DNA of 63,707 nt, the filler included. It is 6 parts of 6 records of this genome, joined end to end, with 100 filler letters (N's around TTAATTAATTAA, not from the genome) between each part and the next. Parts side by side here need not be neighbours in the genome. Positions count along the whole stretch, not along the records: positions 8,842 to 24,944 come from SRR31147125_14153; positions 25,045 to 34,599 come from SRR31147125_14171; 4 more parts are not named here. One strand, 5' to 3'. Of this stretch, positions 19,593-30,137 are shown one piece after another. The notes below the pieces were generated by a model. It was not told where the DNA came from. It saw nothing but the letters and a program-made list of their open reading frames with translations, and did not search any database. The translations under genes and the position numbers were made by a program. Numbering within the stretch: position 1 is the stretch's first letter; every line of letters begins with the position of its first letter.

Positions 19593-20816
19593 CTAACCCA
19601 ACCTTTTACCATAGAAGTTATATGCAAATACTGTATCACCATCAACAAAATAATTATCATAGATTCCACCTTTATTTAATTGATCAGTAAAATATTCATA
19701 AAGAATTTTGTATCCAAGTACAGATATTTTATCCTTAAGATTATTCAAAATATAATTCTCTCTAAACTCCTCTTCAATTAGACTGTTTTTTGAAAAATTA
19801 TTAAATGTAGCGTAAGTGCCTATAAGAGCAGCATTATTACTTATATAAGGGTCGATTTCATTAAGTAAAAACTCTTTGTTAGAAAAGTTATAGCAAGTTG
19901 TCCCATATGAGTCTATTACTATGTCTATACTTTTTTCTGCAATTGGGACTTCTTTAAAGTCAGCATGGACAAAAAGAATATCTTTTTTCACATCTGACAT
20001 TTCTAGTATATTCTTTAAAAAATAAATTTTTTCAATATCATAATCAACTGCTATATATAAGCAACTATCTGGTAATAAACTATAGAGATTTCGTAGCATA
20101 AAACCAAATCCTGGGCCTAGTTCTAAGAGTGTTTTTGATTCTAATTCTAGTTCTAGAATAGTCTTTATAGACCAATCTAAACTTTTGTAGACTTCCCCGA
20201 GGTAATCACTATCTGTGGTATTTATATAATCTGTGACGATATCATTTTCAAATTCTATACCTATTTTATCCGTAGTTTTTTCTATCACTACAATACCATC
20301 TTTTATCTCATATGTTTCATTACACTGACAGTTTAGAGTTCCAGATATTATTTGATCATCAATAATATTACCGTTTTTAATATTTAATTTTGATTTGCAT
20401 TTCAAACACCTTAATTTAGAAATGGCGTTGAAACTAACACCAATAGTATATTTCTTATCGGTTTTAAGTTCCGATAATTTATTAAGTTCAGTAGTTAAAT
20501 TATTGTCCACTTTTCTTAATTCTGCAATTTCATTTAAAATATTGGCACGCTTTTTCTCAAAAATCATACGATAGTATTCATCTTTCTGATAACCAGTCAT
20601 ACTTCCAAGTAGTTTGAATATTATGATTTTCTTTATCTCATTTAACTTAAAGCCCATCTGCTTCAATGTTAATATATCATTCATATTTTGCTGGCACTGA
20701 TTATCAAATCGATACTGTCCCTGAACCTTTGTTGGGAATAAGAGCCCCAGATCAATATAGTGCCTCACTGTGTCAATAGTTACATTATTCTTTTTCGAAA
20801 ATTGACTTATTCGCAT
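19593..20816 (-). CDS. MerR-family regulator fused to a Trm112-like Cys finger and a class I SAM-methyltransferase-like domain
   Basis: MRISQFSKKNNVTIDTVRHYIDLGLL (MerR HTH); CLKC...CQC...YEIKDGI; LLELGPGFG (motif I). Confidence 0.8.
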   Translation of the reverse strand: MRISQFSKKNNVTIDTVRHYIDLGLLFPTKVQGQYRFDNQCQQNMNDILTLKQMGFKLNEIKKIIIFKLLGSMTGYQKDEYYRMIFEKKRANILNEIAELRKVDNNLTTELNKLSELKTDKKYTIGVSFNAISKLRCLKCKSKLNIKNGNIIDDQIISGTLNCQCNETYEIKDGIVVIEKTTDKIGIEFENDIVTDYINTTDSDYLGEVYKSLDWSIKTILELELESKTLLELGPGFGFMLRNLYSLLPDSCLYIAVDYDIEKIYFLKNILEMSDVKKDILFVHADFKEVPIAEKSIDIVIDSYGTTCYNFSNKEFLLNEIDPYISNNAALIGTYATFNNFSKNSLIEEEFRENYILNNLKDKISVLGYKILYEYFTDQLNKGGIYDNYFVDGDTVFAYNFYGKRLG

Positions 20817-21110
20817 AATTCCCCCTTTTTAAACTAATAACTCTTTTAAATTATATTACTATTATAGCACGATTATGCCTATTCTACCTGACCCATAATC
20901 AACTTATCAAAACCTTTATCGTTATTTATATCTAATTAAGTTGAATAACGCATTAAAAATATAAATCCTATCACCTTTTTTAAAGAGTGGAAACTAAAAA
21001 AAGGAAGAAATTATCAATTGAATTAAAGGGAAATAGGAGTTTTAATCGAAAATATTTACGAGAGAATTAATAATGATTTTTATAAATCAACTTTGGGAGT
21101 GGGTGATATT

Positions 21111-23387
21111 ATGAAAAAAATACGTTTTATGATTTCCCTAGTACTAACTGTTGTTGTAGTACTTTTTATTTACGGTCAATTGAAACTATATAAAGATATA
21201 GAACGTAAAATGGCAAATGAAACATTGACATTTAATGATCTGTTCTATAATACATCAGTTGCAAAACTTCATGAAATTGAGACAGTTCTTGATTTAATAG
21301 GTGCTCAATTAATATTTGAAGATATTTATAAGGATGCAGAAAAAACAGGGAAACTACTTCGATTTATGCGGGCAAGAATTAAGGATTCTTTGGGAATTGC
21401 TTTTATTGAGCCAAATGGGGATTATTTAACGATAGGTTCAGATATAGATATAACGAAGACCAAAAACTTACATAAACTTGAAGCAACGCGAGAAAGTTTT
21501 GAATTAACACTGAATAGTGAAAAAATGATATTAGGTAGAGTTTACTTCTTTGAAGCTAGTCAAGAATGGATTTTACCTCTTAGGAAAGCTATTCGAGATG
21601 CAGATGGCAATGTAATTGGTGTTATAAGTACTGCCTTGATTTTAGATGATTCGACTGGCTTTATAAATGACACTAAATTATACCCAAAACAAGTCTCAAT
21701 GCTAGTAAATGGTAGAGGTAATTATAGAGTTTACGTGACTCCGCTAGAAAAAAATAAATATGAGGAATTTTATTCTCATCCAATTTCACAGAAAGCTATT
21801 GATAAAGTATCTTTTGCAGGAGATGCCGACATAAATCTCCTTACTAGCTATAGAAACTCTATTTTATATAATGTAGATTCTGATATCGATCTGAAACAAA
21901 TTTTAGGAGCAATTAGATATAGCGAGTACTATGATTTATGGATTGTAAGCTCAAGATCAAGAGATTATGCTAAAGATGAGTTTTTAAAAGGCGGATTAAT
22001 TCTGCGAGCCTCAATTTTTGCAATAGTTGTAATAGTAGTAGTGATACTTTTTGTTATCATTGTGGAAAAAGAGGAAGAAATTAAGCGAAACTTGAATTTT
22101 AAAGCAAAACACGACTTTTTAACGGGACTGTATAATAGGAATATATTGGATGAACTTGCTGATAAGTGGATGAAACCAAATGCAGCTCCATTTATTTTAA
22201 TTTTTATTGACCTTGATAATTTTAAAAATATAAATGATGCTTTTGGACATTCGTGTGGAGACGTAATCTTGACTCAGGTTGCTGATAGATTAAGAGAGCT
22301 TTTTCCACGGGGAGCAGAACTGGTAAGACATGGTGGAGATGAGTTCGCAATACTAGTAAAATCAGAGAACCTAACCTCTATGAATCTAACAGGTGTAAGC
22401 ATAGTTAAGAAGTTATCTGAATCATATTATGTTTCGGGAATGAAGCTACATATTGGAGTAAGTGTAGGTATATCAAGTTTTCCTCATGATGGAATGACTA
22501 TGGAGCAACTGATGATTTCGGCTGACCTAGCAATGTACAAAGCAAAAAAGACAAAAAATAGTTATGCTATCTACGACAAAGAGTTGAAAGATATAATCCG
22601 TAAAAAGATAAACATTGAACATGAACTTCGTCATGCCCTGCAAAGTGGAGATGAGCTGTATATGGTTTATCAACCTCAAATAGATAAGATAGGTATTGTC
22701 CACGGTTGTGAAGCACTGGTTCGTTGGGACAGTAGAAGATTAGGCTTTATACCGCCAAATGAGTTTGTTAGTGTTGCGGAAGAATCTGGTTTGATGGAGG
22801 CTTTAGGAAGCTTTATTTTGGAGAAATCATGTTCGGAGTTTAGTGAAGTGATGAAAAAATGTGGTGATAGATGTCTAAAACAAAATTTATCAATCAATAT
22901 TTCGGTTAAGCAGATTTTGGAAAAGAATTTTAAAGATAAACTACTTGAGACTATACGGAAGTATAATATTAGCCCAAGTCAAGTAACTATAGAGATAACA
23001 GAATCATTATTCATTGATAATCTTGAATATATTTTGCCTCTTTTATACGATATACGAAAAACTAAGGTTATGATTTCACTTGATGATTTTGGAACAGGTT
23101 ACTCTTCACTTAGTATGCTTAGAACACTACCAATTGATGAATTGAAAATAGATAAAAGTTTCATAGATAATATTTGTAATAATGAGCAAGATTCTAAAAT
23201 GGTTAACTCTATAATCGATATGGGACATAATATGAATATGCATGTATTATCAGAAGGCGTCGAGGAAAAGAGTCAACTCAAGATGTTAGCAACTTTTGGA
23301 TGTGATTACTATCAAGGTTACCACTTCTCCAAACCACTAAGAATGGAAGAGTTTATGGAGTTTGTAAAAGAGTTTAACAGTAACTAA
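21111..23387 (+). CDS. Membrane diguanylate cyclase/phosphodiesterase (TM, Cache-like, TM, GGDEF, EAL)
   Basis: HDFLTGLYNR, DLDNFKNIND, GGDEF, EAL and DDFGTGYSSL are all intact. Confidence 0.93.
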   Translation: MKKIRFMISLVLTVVVVLFIYGQLKLYKDIERKMANETLTFNDLFYNTSVAKLHEIETVLDLIGAQLIFEDIYKDAEKTGKLLRFMRARIKDSLGIAFIEPNGDYLTIGSDIDITKTKNLHKLEATRESFELTLNSEKMILGRVYFFEASQEWILPLRKAIRDADGNVIGVISTALILDDSTGFINDTKLYPKQVSMLVNGRGNYRVYVTPLEKNKYEEFYSHPISQKAIDKVSFAGDADINLLTSYRNSILYNVDSDIDLKQILGAIRYSEYYDLWIVSSRSRDYAKDEFLKGGLILRASIFAIVVIVVVILFVIIVEKEEEIKRNLNFKAKHDFLTGLYNRNILDELADKWMKPNAAPFILIFIDLDNFKNINDAFGHSCGDVILTQVADRLRELFPRGAELVRHGGDEFAILVKSENLTSMNLTGVSIVKKLSESYYVSGMKLHIGVSVGISSFPHDGMTMEQLMISADLAMYKAKKTKNSYAIYDKELKDIIRKKINIEHELRHALQSGDELYMVYQPQIDKIGIVHGCEALVRWDSRRLGFIPPNEFVSVAEESGLMEALGSFILEKSCSEFSEVMKKCGDRCLKQNLSINISVKQILEKNFKDKLLETIRKYNISPSQVTIEITESLFIDNLEYILPLLYDIRKTKVMISLDDFGTGYSSLSMLRTLPIDELKIDKSFIDNICNNEQDSKMVNSIIDMGHNMNMHVLSEGVEEKSQLKMLATFGCDYYQGYHFSKPLRMEEFMEFVKEFNSN

Positions 23388-23437
23388 AAAAATATGACTC
23401 TAGTTTTCTAAAATTAGAAATTAGGGTCATATTTTTT
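23387..23437. terminator. Bidirectional terminator
   Basis: aaaaaatatgactctagttttcta...tagaaattagggtcatatttttt, an imperfect stem between convergent genes. Confidence 0.7.
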
Positions 23438-23497
23438 GAAATATCTCATGGTTTGTTTTAATATAAAGAGTTTAGGTTAGTTATATATTTGATAATT

Positions 23498-24088
23498 TTA
23501 ATATTTATAAGAAGTATTGGAATAATAGCGAGATGATTCATTATAATTTTCCACATATTCTATAATGATATTAGGTGCAAAAGCATCATATGAATACTTT
23601 ACACCTTTTTGTAGCTCAATCTTTCCTGTAGAAATCCATCCGTTGTTAGCAAAGGCTTTTGCTCCTATTTTTCCCCGTAACATGTGAATGTTTATAAATT
23701 GGATATTATTTTCTGAAAATGCATTCTCACCAATTATTTTCACATTTTCAGGAATAACTATGCTGGTGATATTATTATCGGAAAAAGCGTTCCACCCTAT
23801 TTCTTCAAGTGTATCAGGCAAGGTTATGCTAATAATTCCTTTATTTTGAAATGCAGAATCACCAATAGATTTTACTCTTTTACCATTGATAAAAGAGGGG
23901 ATGGTAATGTTTTTTGTTAAATTATTTATATAATCGCTAATCACTATACCGTCATAAAACTCTTCAAATACAAAACTATTTTTAAAAATATTTTCCCTTT
24001 CATATTTCCCTTGATAATAATTATGTTCGTCTGTAGAAAAGCATAAAATACTGAATGTTAAATGAATGAAAAGAATTATTTTTTTCAT
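23498..24088 (-). CDS. Secreted BspA-type (LRR_5) leucine-rich repeat protein
   Basis: Signal peptide plus repeats SIGDSAF...ITLPDTLEEIGWNAF...IVIPENVKIIGENAF. Confidence 0.85.
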   Translation of the reverse strand: MKKIILFIHLTFSILCFSTDEHNYYQGKYERENIFKNSFVFEEFYDGIVISDYINNLTKNITIPSFINGKRVKSIGDSAFQNKGIISITLPDTLEEIGWNAFSDNNITSIVIPENVKIIGENAFSENNIQFINIHMLRGKIGAKAFANNGWISTGKIELQKGVKYSYDAFAPNIIIEYVENYNESSRYYSNTSYKY

Positions 24089-24290
24089 GTTTCCTCCTGT
24101 AAAAAATATATTTATATCTATAATAGTTTACCATACAAATGCTAATGATGCAACATTTATAAAAAACACACTATTTGACGAGTTTAAAAATCTTCTTAAA
24201 AATGCTTACGGATTTTGAATGTCAATACTTTTTCGGAACAAAACAAGTATTTTCATTTAATGTGAATACAAAAAAAATTTACTAAAATAG

Positions 24291-24351
24291 TAAGTAAAAA
24301 ATATAAATAGGGACTTGCCACTGGCAAGTCCCTATTTATATTTTTTACTTA
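24291..24351. terminator. 30-bp perfect inverted repeat (terminator of punA)
   Basis: taagtaaaaaatataaatagggacttgcca-c-tggcaagtccctatttatattttttactta. Confidence 0.75.
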
Positions 24352-24376
24352 TACTTCCTTAAATTGAGCTCTTAAA

Positions 24377-24944
24377 TTACATTTTTTCAATAATATGAAC
24401 TACCCATTCACAGAAAACTACTCCTGTTCTTTTAGCGACCTCAACAACTCTATCATGTGAATGTTTAACTTTCTGAATACCAGTAGCCATATTTGTTACA
24501 CATGAGATACCTAGTACATTCATTCCTAAGTAGTTTGCGGCGATAGTTTCAGGCACAGTTGACATACCGACTACATCAGCCCCCTGTGCAGCCATCATTC
24601 TAATCTCTGCTGCAGTTTCGTAGCATGGTCCCATAAATCCCAGGTAGACACCCTCTTCATGTTTAATTCCTAAATCTTTAGCAACGGATTTAGCAGTTTC
24701 AATTAACTCTAAACTATATGGTTCAGACATATCTGGAAATCTAGGTCCAAATCTTTCATCATTTGGTCCAATTAATGGATTAGTTCCAAATTGATTAATG
24801 AAATCATTTATGATCATTAATGTTCCTGGTTCATATGATTTATTCATACCACCACATGCATTACTAACTATCATGTTTTCAATTCCAAACATCTTCATAA
24901 CATACACTGGATATGTTACAGTTTTCATGTCATATCCTTCGTAG
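24377..24944 (-). CDS. punA: Purine nucleoside phosphorylase (trimeric PNP-I type), 5'-truncated
   Basis: NACGG, NPLIGPND..FGPRFPDM, GPCYETAAE, VGMSTVPE, TNMA. Confidence 0.92.
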
Positions 24945-25044
24945 NNNNNNNNNNNNNNNNNNNNNNNNNNNNNNNNNNNNNNNNNNNNTTAATTAATTAA
25001 NNNNNNNNNNNNNNNNNNNNNNNNNNNNNNNNNNNNNNNNNNNN
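24945..25044. other. Artificial contig linker
   Basis: N44-TTAATTAATTAA-N44. Confidence 0.97.
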
Positions 25045-27190
25045 TTGTGGTAAAACAACAATGTTGAATCTAATTGGTGGACTTGACCGTTATACAAGTG
25101 GTGACTTACTTGTTGATGGTAAATCTACAAAAGGATATAAAGATCAAGATTGGGATGCATATAGAAATGCAACCATAGGATTTGTTTTTCAAACATATAA
25201 TTTAATTTCGCATTTATCGGTTTTAAATAATGTTGAAATGGCACTTCGTTTAAGTGGTGTATCACCTGCTGAGAGAAAAGCACGTTCAATTAAAGTTTTA
25301 GAAGATGTTGGACTTAAAGATCACTTATACAAGAGACCTAATCAATTATCTGGTGGTCAAATGCAAAGGGTTGCGATTGCTAGAGCTTTAGTTAATAATC
25401 CTAAGATTTTACTCGCTGATGAACCTACGGGTGCACTTGATTCAAAAACAAGTGAACAAATCATGGGACTTATTAAGGAAATATCAAAAGATCGCCTTGT
25501 TATTATGGTGACTCATAATCAAGATATAGCAGAAGCATATAGTGATCGTGTGGTTAATTTATTAGATGGATTAGTCGTGGATGATTCAAAACCAAGCGAA
25601 AATATTGATTATAAAGAAAATAAGAAACTTGAAAACAAAAAAACAGCGATGTCATATTGGACAGCACTACTTACAAGTTTTAATAACTTATTAACAAAAA
25701 AAGGTAGAACTTTAATTACTGCTTTAGCAGGAAGTATTGGTATTATTGGTATTGCACTTGTTTTAGCTGTATCAAATGGTATGACAGGTTATGTTGATGA
25801 ACTTCAAAGTGACACACTTGCAGGATTTCCACTTACCATTGAACCATACTATGTAGATTTTGCATCTGTTGGGCAAGAACGACTATCTGAAGAAGGATAT
25901 TTCCCTGAAACAGATAACGTTGAAGGATATGATCCTGAGAGCGAATTTATTACACATGCTAATATTATTACAGATGAGTTTCTTACATATTTAGAGGGAC
26001 TTGATGAAGAGACATATAATTCTATTTCATATACGCAATCAATGCCACTTTATATGGGTGCTGAGTTAGAATCTGGAAGTTATGGATTAGTAGATGATGG
26101 TTATTATAGTGAATTGCCTGATAATCAAACGTTTTTAGAATCGCAATATGATCTACTTTATGGTGAATATGGTACATCAATGACAGATGTTGTCATTGTT
26201 GTTGATGCAAAAAATAGATTAGAAAATGATTTTTTAACTCAAATTGGACTATCAGCAAATGAAGCATATGACTTTGAAGATCTCATTGGACTAGAAGTTG
26301 AATTATTCCCAAATAATGTGTATTATAACGAAGTTGGGGGAATATTTGTCCCAACAGCTGATCTATCAACGATTTATGATGATAATGATGCAATCACATT
26401 AACCGTTACAGGAATTATTCGTGTTGATGAAGATGCTTCAACAGATTTAGTCGATCCAGGGTTCGGTTATTCAAAAGAACTGACAACTTATATGTTAAAC
26501 GATGCGATGGTATCAGATGTTGTCATTGCACAAAAAGCTAGTACTGATACTTATGTCGTAGGTGGTATTGCGTTTACTGAGAATTTCACTTATGAAATGG
26601 GATTAAAATCACTTGGTGGTGATGATACTCCTGTTGGTATTCAAATTTATCCAGTATCATTTGATTCAAAAGAAGAAATTAAGGATTATATAGAAGCATA
26701 CAATGAAACTGTTGATGAAACTTATGCGATTTATGCAACTGATTTAGCAGCAATGATTTCAGATAGTATTAGTTCATTAATTAATACAATTACGATTATA
26801 TTATCTGCATTTGCCGGTATATCTCTAGTTGTATCATCAATTATGATTGGTATTATTACATATGTATCAGTCGTTGAGAGAACTAAAGAAATTGGTATCA
26901 TGCGTTCTTTAGGTGCTCGTAAAAAAGATATTTCTAGAATCTTTAACGCAGAAACAATTTTAGTAGGATTCACATCAGGGTTCTTAGGTGTTGTCATAAC
27001 TGCATTACTTATCATTCCAATTAATATTGTGTTATCAAATCTTCTTGATGTTACAGGTTTTGCAAGTCTTGCATGGAGCGCTGCAATTGGTTTAGTTGTC
27101 TTATCAACATTCCTTACATTAATTGCTGGTTTAATTCCAAGTAGAATTGCTGCACAAAAAGATCCAGTCACTGCACTTAGAACTGAATAA
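25045..27190 (+). CDS. Fused ABC ATPase/FtsX-type permease (MacB-like), 5'-truncated in Walker A
   Basis: CGKTT at the contig edge, LSGGQMQR, ADEPTGALD, and C-terminal VERTKEIGIMRSLGA...DPVTALRTE. Confidence 0.9.
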
Positions 27191-27220
27191 TTATGATAAA
27201 ATAATGATAGAGGTGATCGT

Positions 27221-27889
27221 ATGTTAAATATATTAATCGTAGAAGATGATCTACACATTAGAGCACTACTCACTAAATTTTTAGAAAATAATCACTTTCA
27301 TATCATACAAGCTAAAAACGGCAAGGAAGCTCTTGCCGTTTTTGAGCAACAACATATAGATTTGATGATCACAGATGTTTTAATGCCAGAGTTAAATGGG
27401 CACCATTTAACACATAGAGTCAGACAATTTAATAAAACCATACCGATTTTAATGCTAACTGCTCTTGATCAGTATGATGAAAAAGAAAAAGGATTTGTCT
27501 CTGGTGTTGATGATTATATGACAAAACCTGTTGATTTAAATGAAATGTTATTAAGAATCAAGGCTTTACTTAGAAGATATAATATTACAAAATCAAAAGA
27601 AATGCGATTTGATCATAGCATTCTAAACGAAGAGCAGTTATGCTGCGAAGTCAATGGAGAAAACATTGAGCTAACAGCAAAAGCATTTCAGTTACTTTAT
27701 AAATTACTATCATATCCCAATAAAATATTTACAAGAGAACAACTCATGAATGATATTTGGGGCTATGATAGCAATTCATATGAGCGTACAGTAGATACGC
27801 ATGTTAAAAAGATAAGAGAACAAGTACCCATGATAGATTTTGATATAATCACTGTTCGTGGGTTGGGCTATAAGGCGGTTATAAAGTGA
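27221..27889 (+). CDS. OmpR-family response regulator
   Basis: ILIVEDD, DVLMP, DDYMTKP, and winged helix RTVDTHVKKIR...TVRGLGY. Confidence 0.93.
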   Translation: MLNILIVEDDLHIRALLTKFLENNHFHIIQAKNGKEALAVFEQQHIDLMITDVLMPELNGHHLTHRVRQFNKTIPILMLTALDQYDEKEKGFVSGVDDYMTKPVDLNEMLLRIKALLRRYNITKSKEMRFDHSILNEEQLCCEVNGENIELTAKAFQLLYKLLSYPNKIFTREQLMNDIWGYDSNSYERTVDTHVKKIREQVPMIDFDIITVRGLGYKAVIK

Positions 27890-28893
27890 GAAAAATACAA
27901 GTAAAAATAATTTTAGCACTTTTTCTAATTACTTTAGTCACGTTGTTAATACCACGTATTATTGTTGAAATGGTCTATGGTGACGCCATTGATGAATTAG
28001 ATTGGGCATCTGTTTATTTAGTGGGTGCTTTATTTAGTGGAGCGATGTTTGTATTCTTTGCAAACATAGGACTAAATTTTATGATTGTGAAACGAATAAA
28101 AAGACTAAATATTGCAACTAAGCATATTACGGAAGGTAATTTCAATGAAACAGTTGTTGTCTATGGTCATGATGAAATATCAGAATTGTCTCATCATTTC
28201 AATACAATGACTTATGCACTTAGAGATAATTACTATGTTAATCAATCATTTATGAAAGATTATGCGCATGAGTTTCAAACACCTATTAGTGTGATTAAAG
28301 GTTATGCAGATCTCATTGCAAGCAGCGATGATATTGATGAAATGAAAGATTATGCCCAAATTATTTCAAAACAATCTCAAGGTTTATCCCTCTTATCACA
28401 AAATATACTTGAATTATCACTCCTTGAAAATGAACAAGTTGTAAGAATAGATGACCGCTATGATATAGCAAGACAACTCAGAGAAATTATTCAAGTTATG
28501 CAACCAAAATGGGAAGAGAAAAATCTTGAGCTCGACATAGATCTCAAAGAGATTGAGATAGAAGGCAATGAGAAATTCTCATATGTAATGCTTAGAAATC
28601 TTATTGATAATGCTATTAAATATGCGTATCATGATTCAATATTGCATGTATTGATGACAAAAGAAGATGCACATATACGTATTTCCATAACGAATCAAGG
28701 TGATACTATTGAATCAGAAAATCTCAATAAAATCTTTGATTTATTTTATCGTTCTGAAAAAAGTAAAGATGCATATGGCCATGGTGTTGGCTTGTCAATT
28801 GTAAAAAAAATCGTGGATAAATTATCATATGATATCACCGTTAAATCAAAAAATAATGTCACGACATTTTCAATTTATATAAAAGACTCATAA
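27886..28893 (+). CDS. HAMP-containing sensor histidine kinase
   Basis: Two TM helices, HAMP, AHEFQTP, NLIDNAIKY, GHGVGLSIV. Confidence 0.93.
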   Translation: MRKIQVKIILALFLITLVTLLIPRIIVEMVYGDAIDELDWASVYLVGALFSGAMFVFFANIGLNFMIVKRIKRLNIATKHITEGNFNETVVVYGHDEISELSHHFNTMTYALRDNYYVNQSFMKDYAHEFQTPISVIKGYADLIASSDDIDEMKDYAQIISKQSQGLSLLSQNILELSLLENEQVVRIDDRYDIARQLREIIQVMQPKWEEKNLELDIDLKEIEIEGNEKFSYVMLRNLIDNAIKYAYHDSILHVLMTKEDAHIRISITNQGDTIESENLNKIFDLFYRSEKSKDAYGHGVGLSIVKKIVDKLSYDITVKSKNNVTTFSIYIKDS

Positions 28894-28907
28894 TATGGGT
28901 CTTTTTT
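28881..28907 (+). terminator. Intrinsic terminator after the histidine kinase
   Basis: aaaagactcat-aat-atgggtctttttt. Confidence 0.65.
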
Positions 28908-28972
28908 ATTTTATATGTTATACATAACAAATATATGGTTAATAAAACAAAATAAATATTCTTTATAATATA

Positions 28973-28999
28973 CAAAAGCGCTTACGTTTAAGTTAAAAT
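28973..28999 (+). promoter_or_regulatory. LacI/CcpA(cre)-like operator plus -10 element
   Basis: CAAAAGCGCTTACG followed by TAAAAT; a near-identical motif lies at 33186-33198. Confidence 0.55.
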
Positions 29000-29027
29000 A
29001 TAAGATATATCAATACAAGGAGGATAC

Positions 29028-30137
29028 ATGATGCGCATATTGTCAGTGGTCGATTCTTTTAAAGGCACATTATCATCAAAAGAAATTTCAGAAATGATAA
29101 AAAATCATTTCACTCATCAAAATCATGAAGTGAGAACAGTATCTATATCAGATGGAGGGGAAGGCTTTATAGAAGCTATAAAGAGTTCTATTGATGCAAA
29201 ACTTATCACAATGAAAACAAAAGGACCGCTTGGACATATGATAGATGCGACATACCTTGTAAGCAAAGATAAGGCTTTTATCGAATTGAATCAATCTTCT
29301 GGTCTGACAAAAATTAAAGAACATGAATTGAATCCTTTTAAAACATCAACATACGGATTAGGATTAATGATCAAAGACGCTATAGAAAAGCAACATGTTA
29401 AACATATCATCATTGGAATTGGTGGTAGTTCAACCAATGATGGTGGTGCAGGTATGCTTCAAGCGCTTGGTCTTAAATTCTACACTGAGGGTAGAGAAAT
29501 TAAACAAGAAATGAATGGAGAAAATATTAAACTAATTGATAGCATTGACGATGATGAACTTCGAAAATGCATCAAAGATATATCCTTTTTAATTGCATCA
29601 GATGTAGATAATCCTTTATTAGGGGAACATGGGTGCTCATATGTTTATGCACCCCAAAAAGGCGCAAGTCAAGACATGACAAAAATACTTGATGAGCATA
29701 TGTGTAGATATGCAAATCAAGTAGAAAACTATGTGGGTCAATCGTATAGAGAGGTTCCAGGATCTGGTGCAGCGGGTGGTGTTGGTTTTGCAGCATTATC
29801 TTTTCTTAATGCAAAAATCACACGTGGTGTTGAATTTGTTATGAAGCATCTCAATGTAGAAAAACTTATTAAAGAAGCTGATGTTGTCATTGTAGGAGAA
29901 GGAAGAATAGACCATCAAACCATGCGTGGAAAAGCTCCTTTAGGAATAGCAACACTCGCGAAAAAATTTCATAAAAAAGTGATTGCGATTTGTGCAATTA
30001 ATGAAAGTGAACAGCATGAATCATATATTGATGAGATATATGCGATTGTACCAGAATATGCAAATAAAATAGAGTCACTTAAAAATCCTAAAGGCTCATT
30101 AAAAAAATTATTAGAAAGTATGAGGATTGAATCATGA
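29028..30137 (+). CDS. glxK: Glycerate kinase (GlxK/GarK family)
   Basis: DSFKGTL, SDGGEG, IGGSSTNDGGAG, DVDNPLLG, GAAGG, GEGRID..T..GK. Confidence 0.92.
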   Translation: MMRILSVVDSFKGTLSSKEISEMIKNHFTHQNHEVRTVSISDGGEGFIEAIKSSIDAKLITMKTKGPLGHMIDATYLVSKDKAFIELNQSSGLTKIKEHELNPFKTSTYGLGLMIKDAIEKQHVKHIIIGIGGSSTNDGGAGMLQALGLKFYTEGREIKQEMNGENIKLIDSIDDDELRKCIKDISFLIASDVDNPLLGEHGCSYVYAPQKGASQDMTKILDEHMCRYANQVENYVGQSYREVPGSGAAGGVGFAALSFLNAKITRGVEFVMKHLNVEKLIKEADVVIVGEGRIDHQTMRGKAPLGIATLAKKFHKKVIAICAINESEQHESYIDEIYAIVPEYANKIESLKNPKGSLKKLLESMRIES

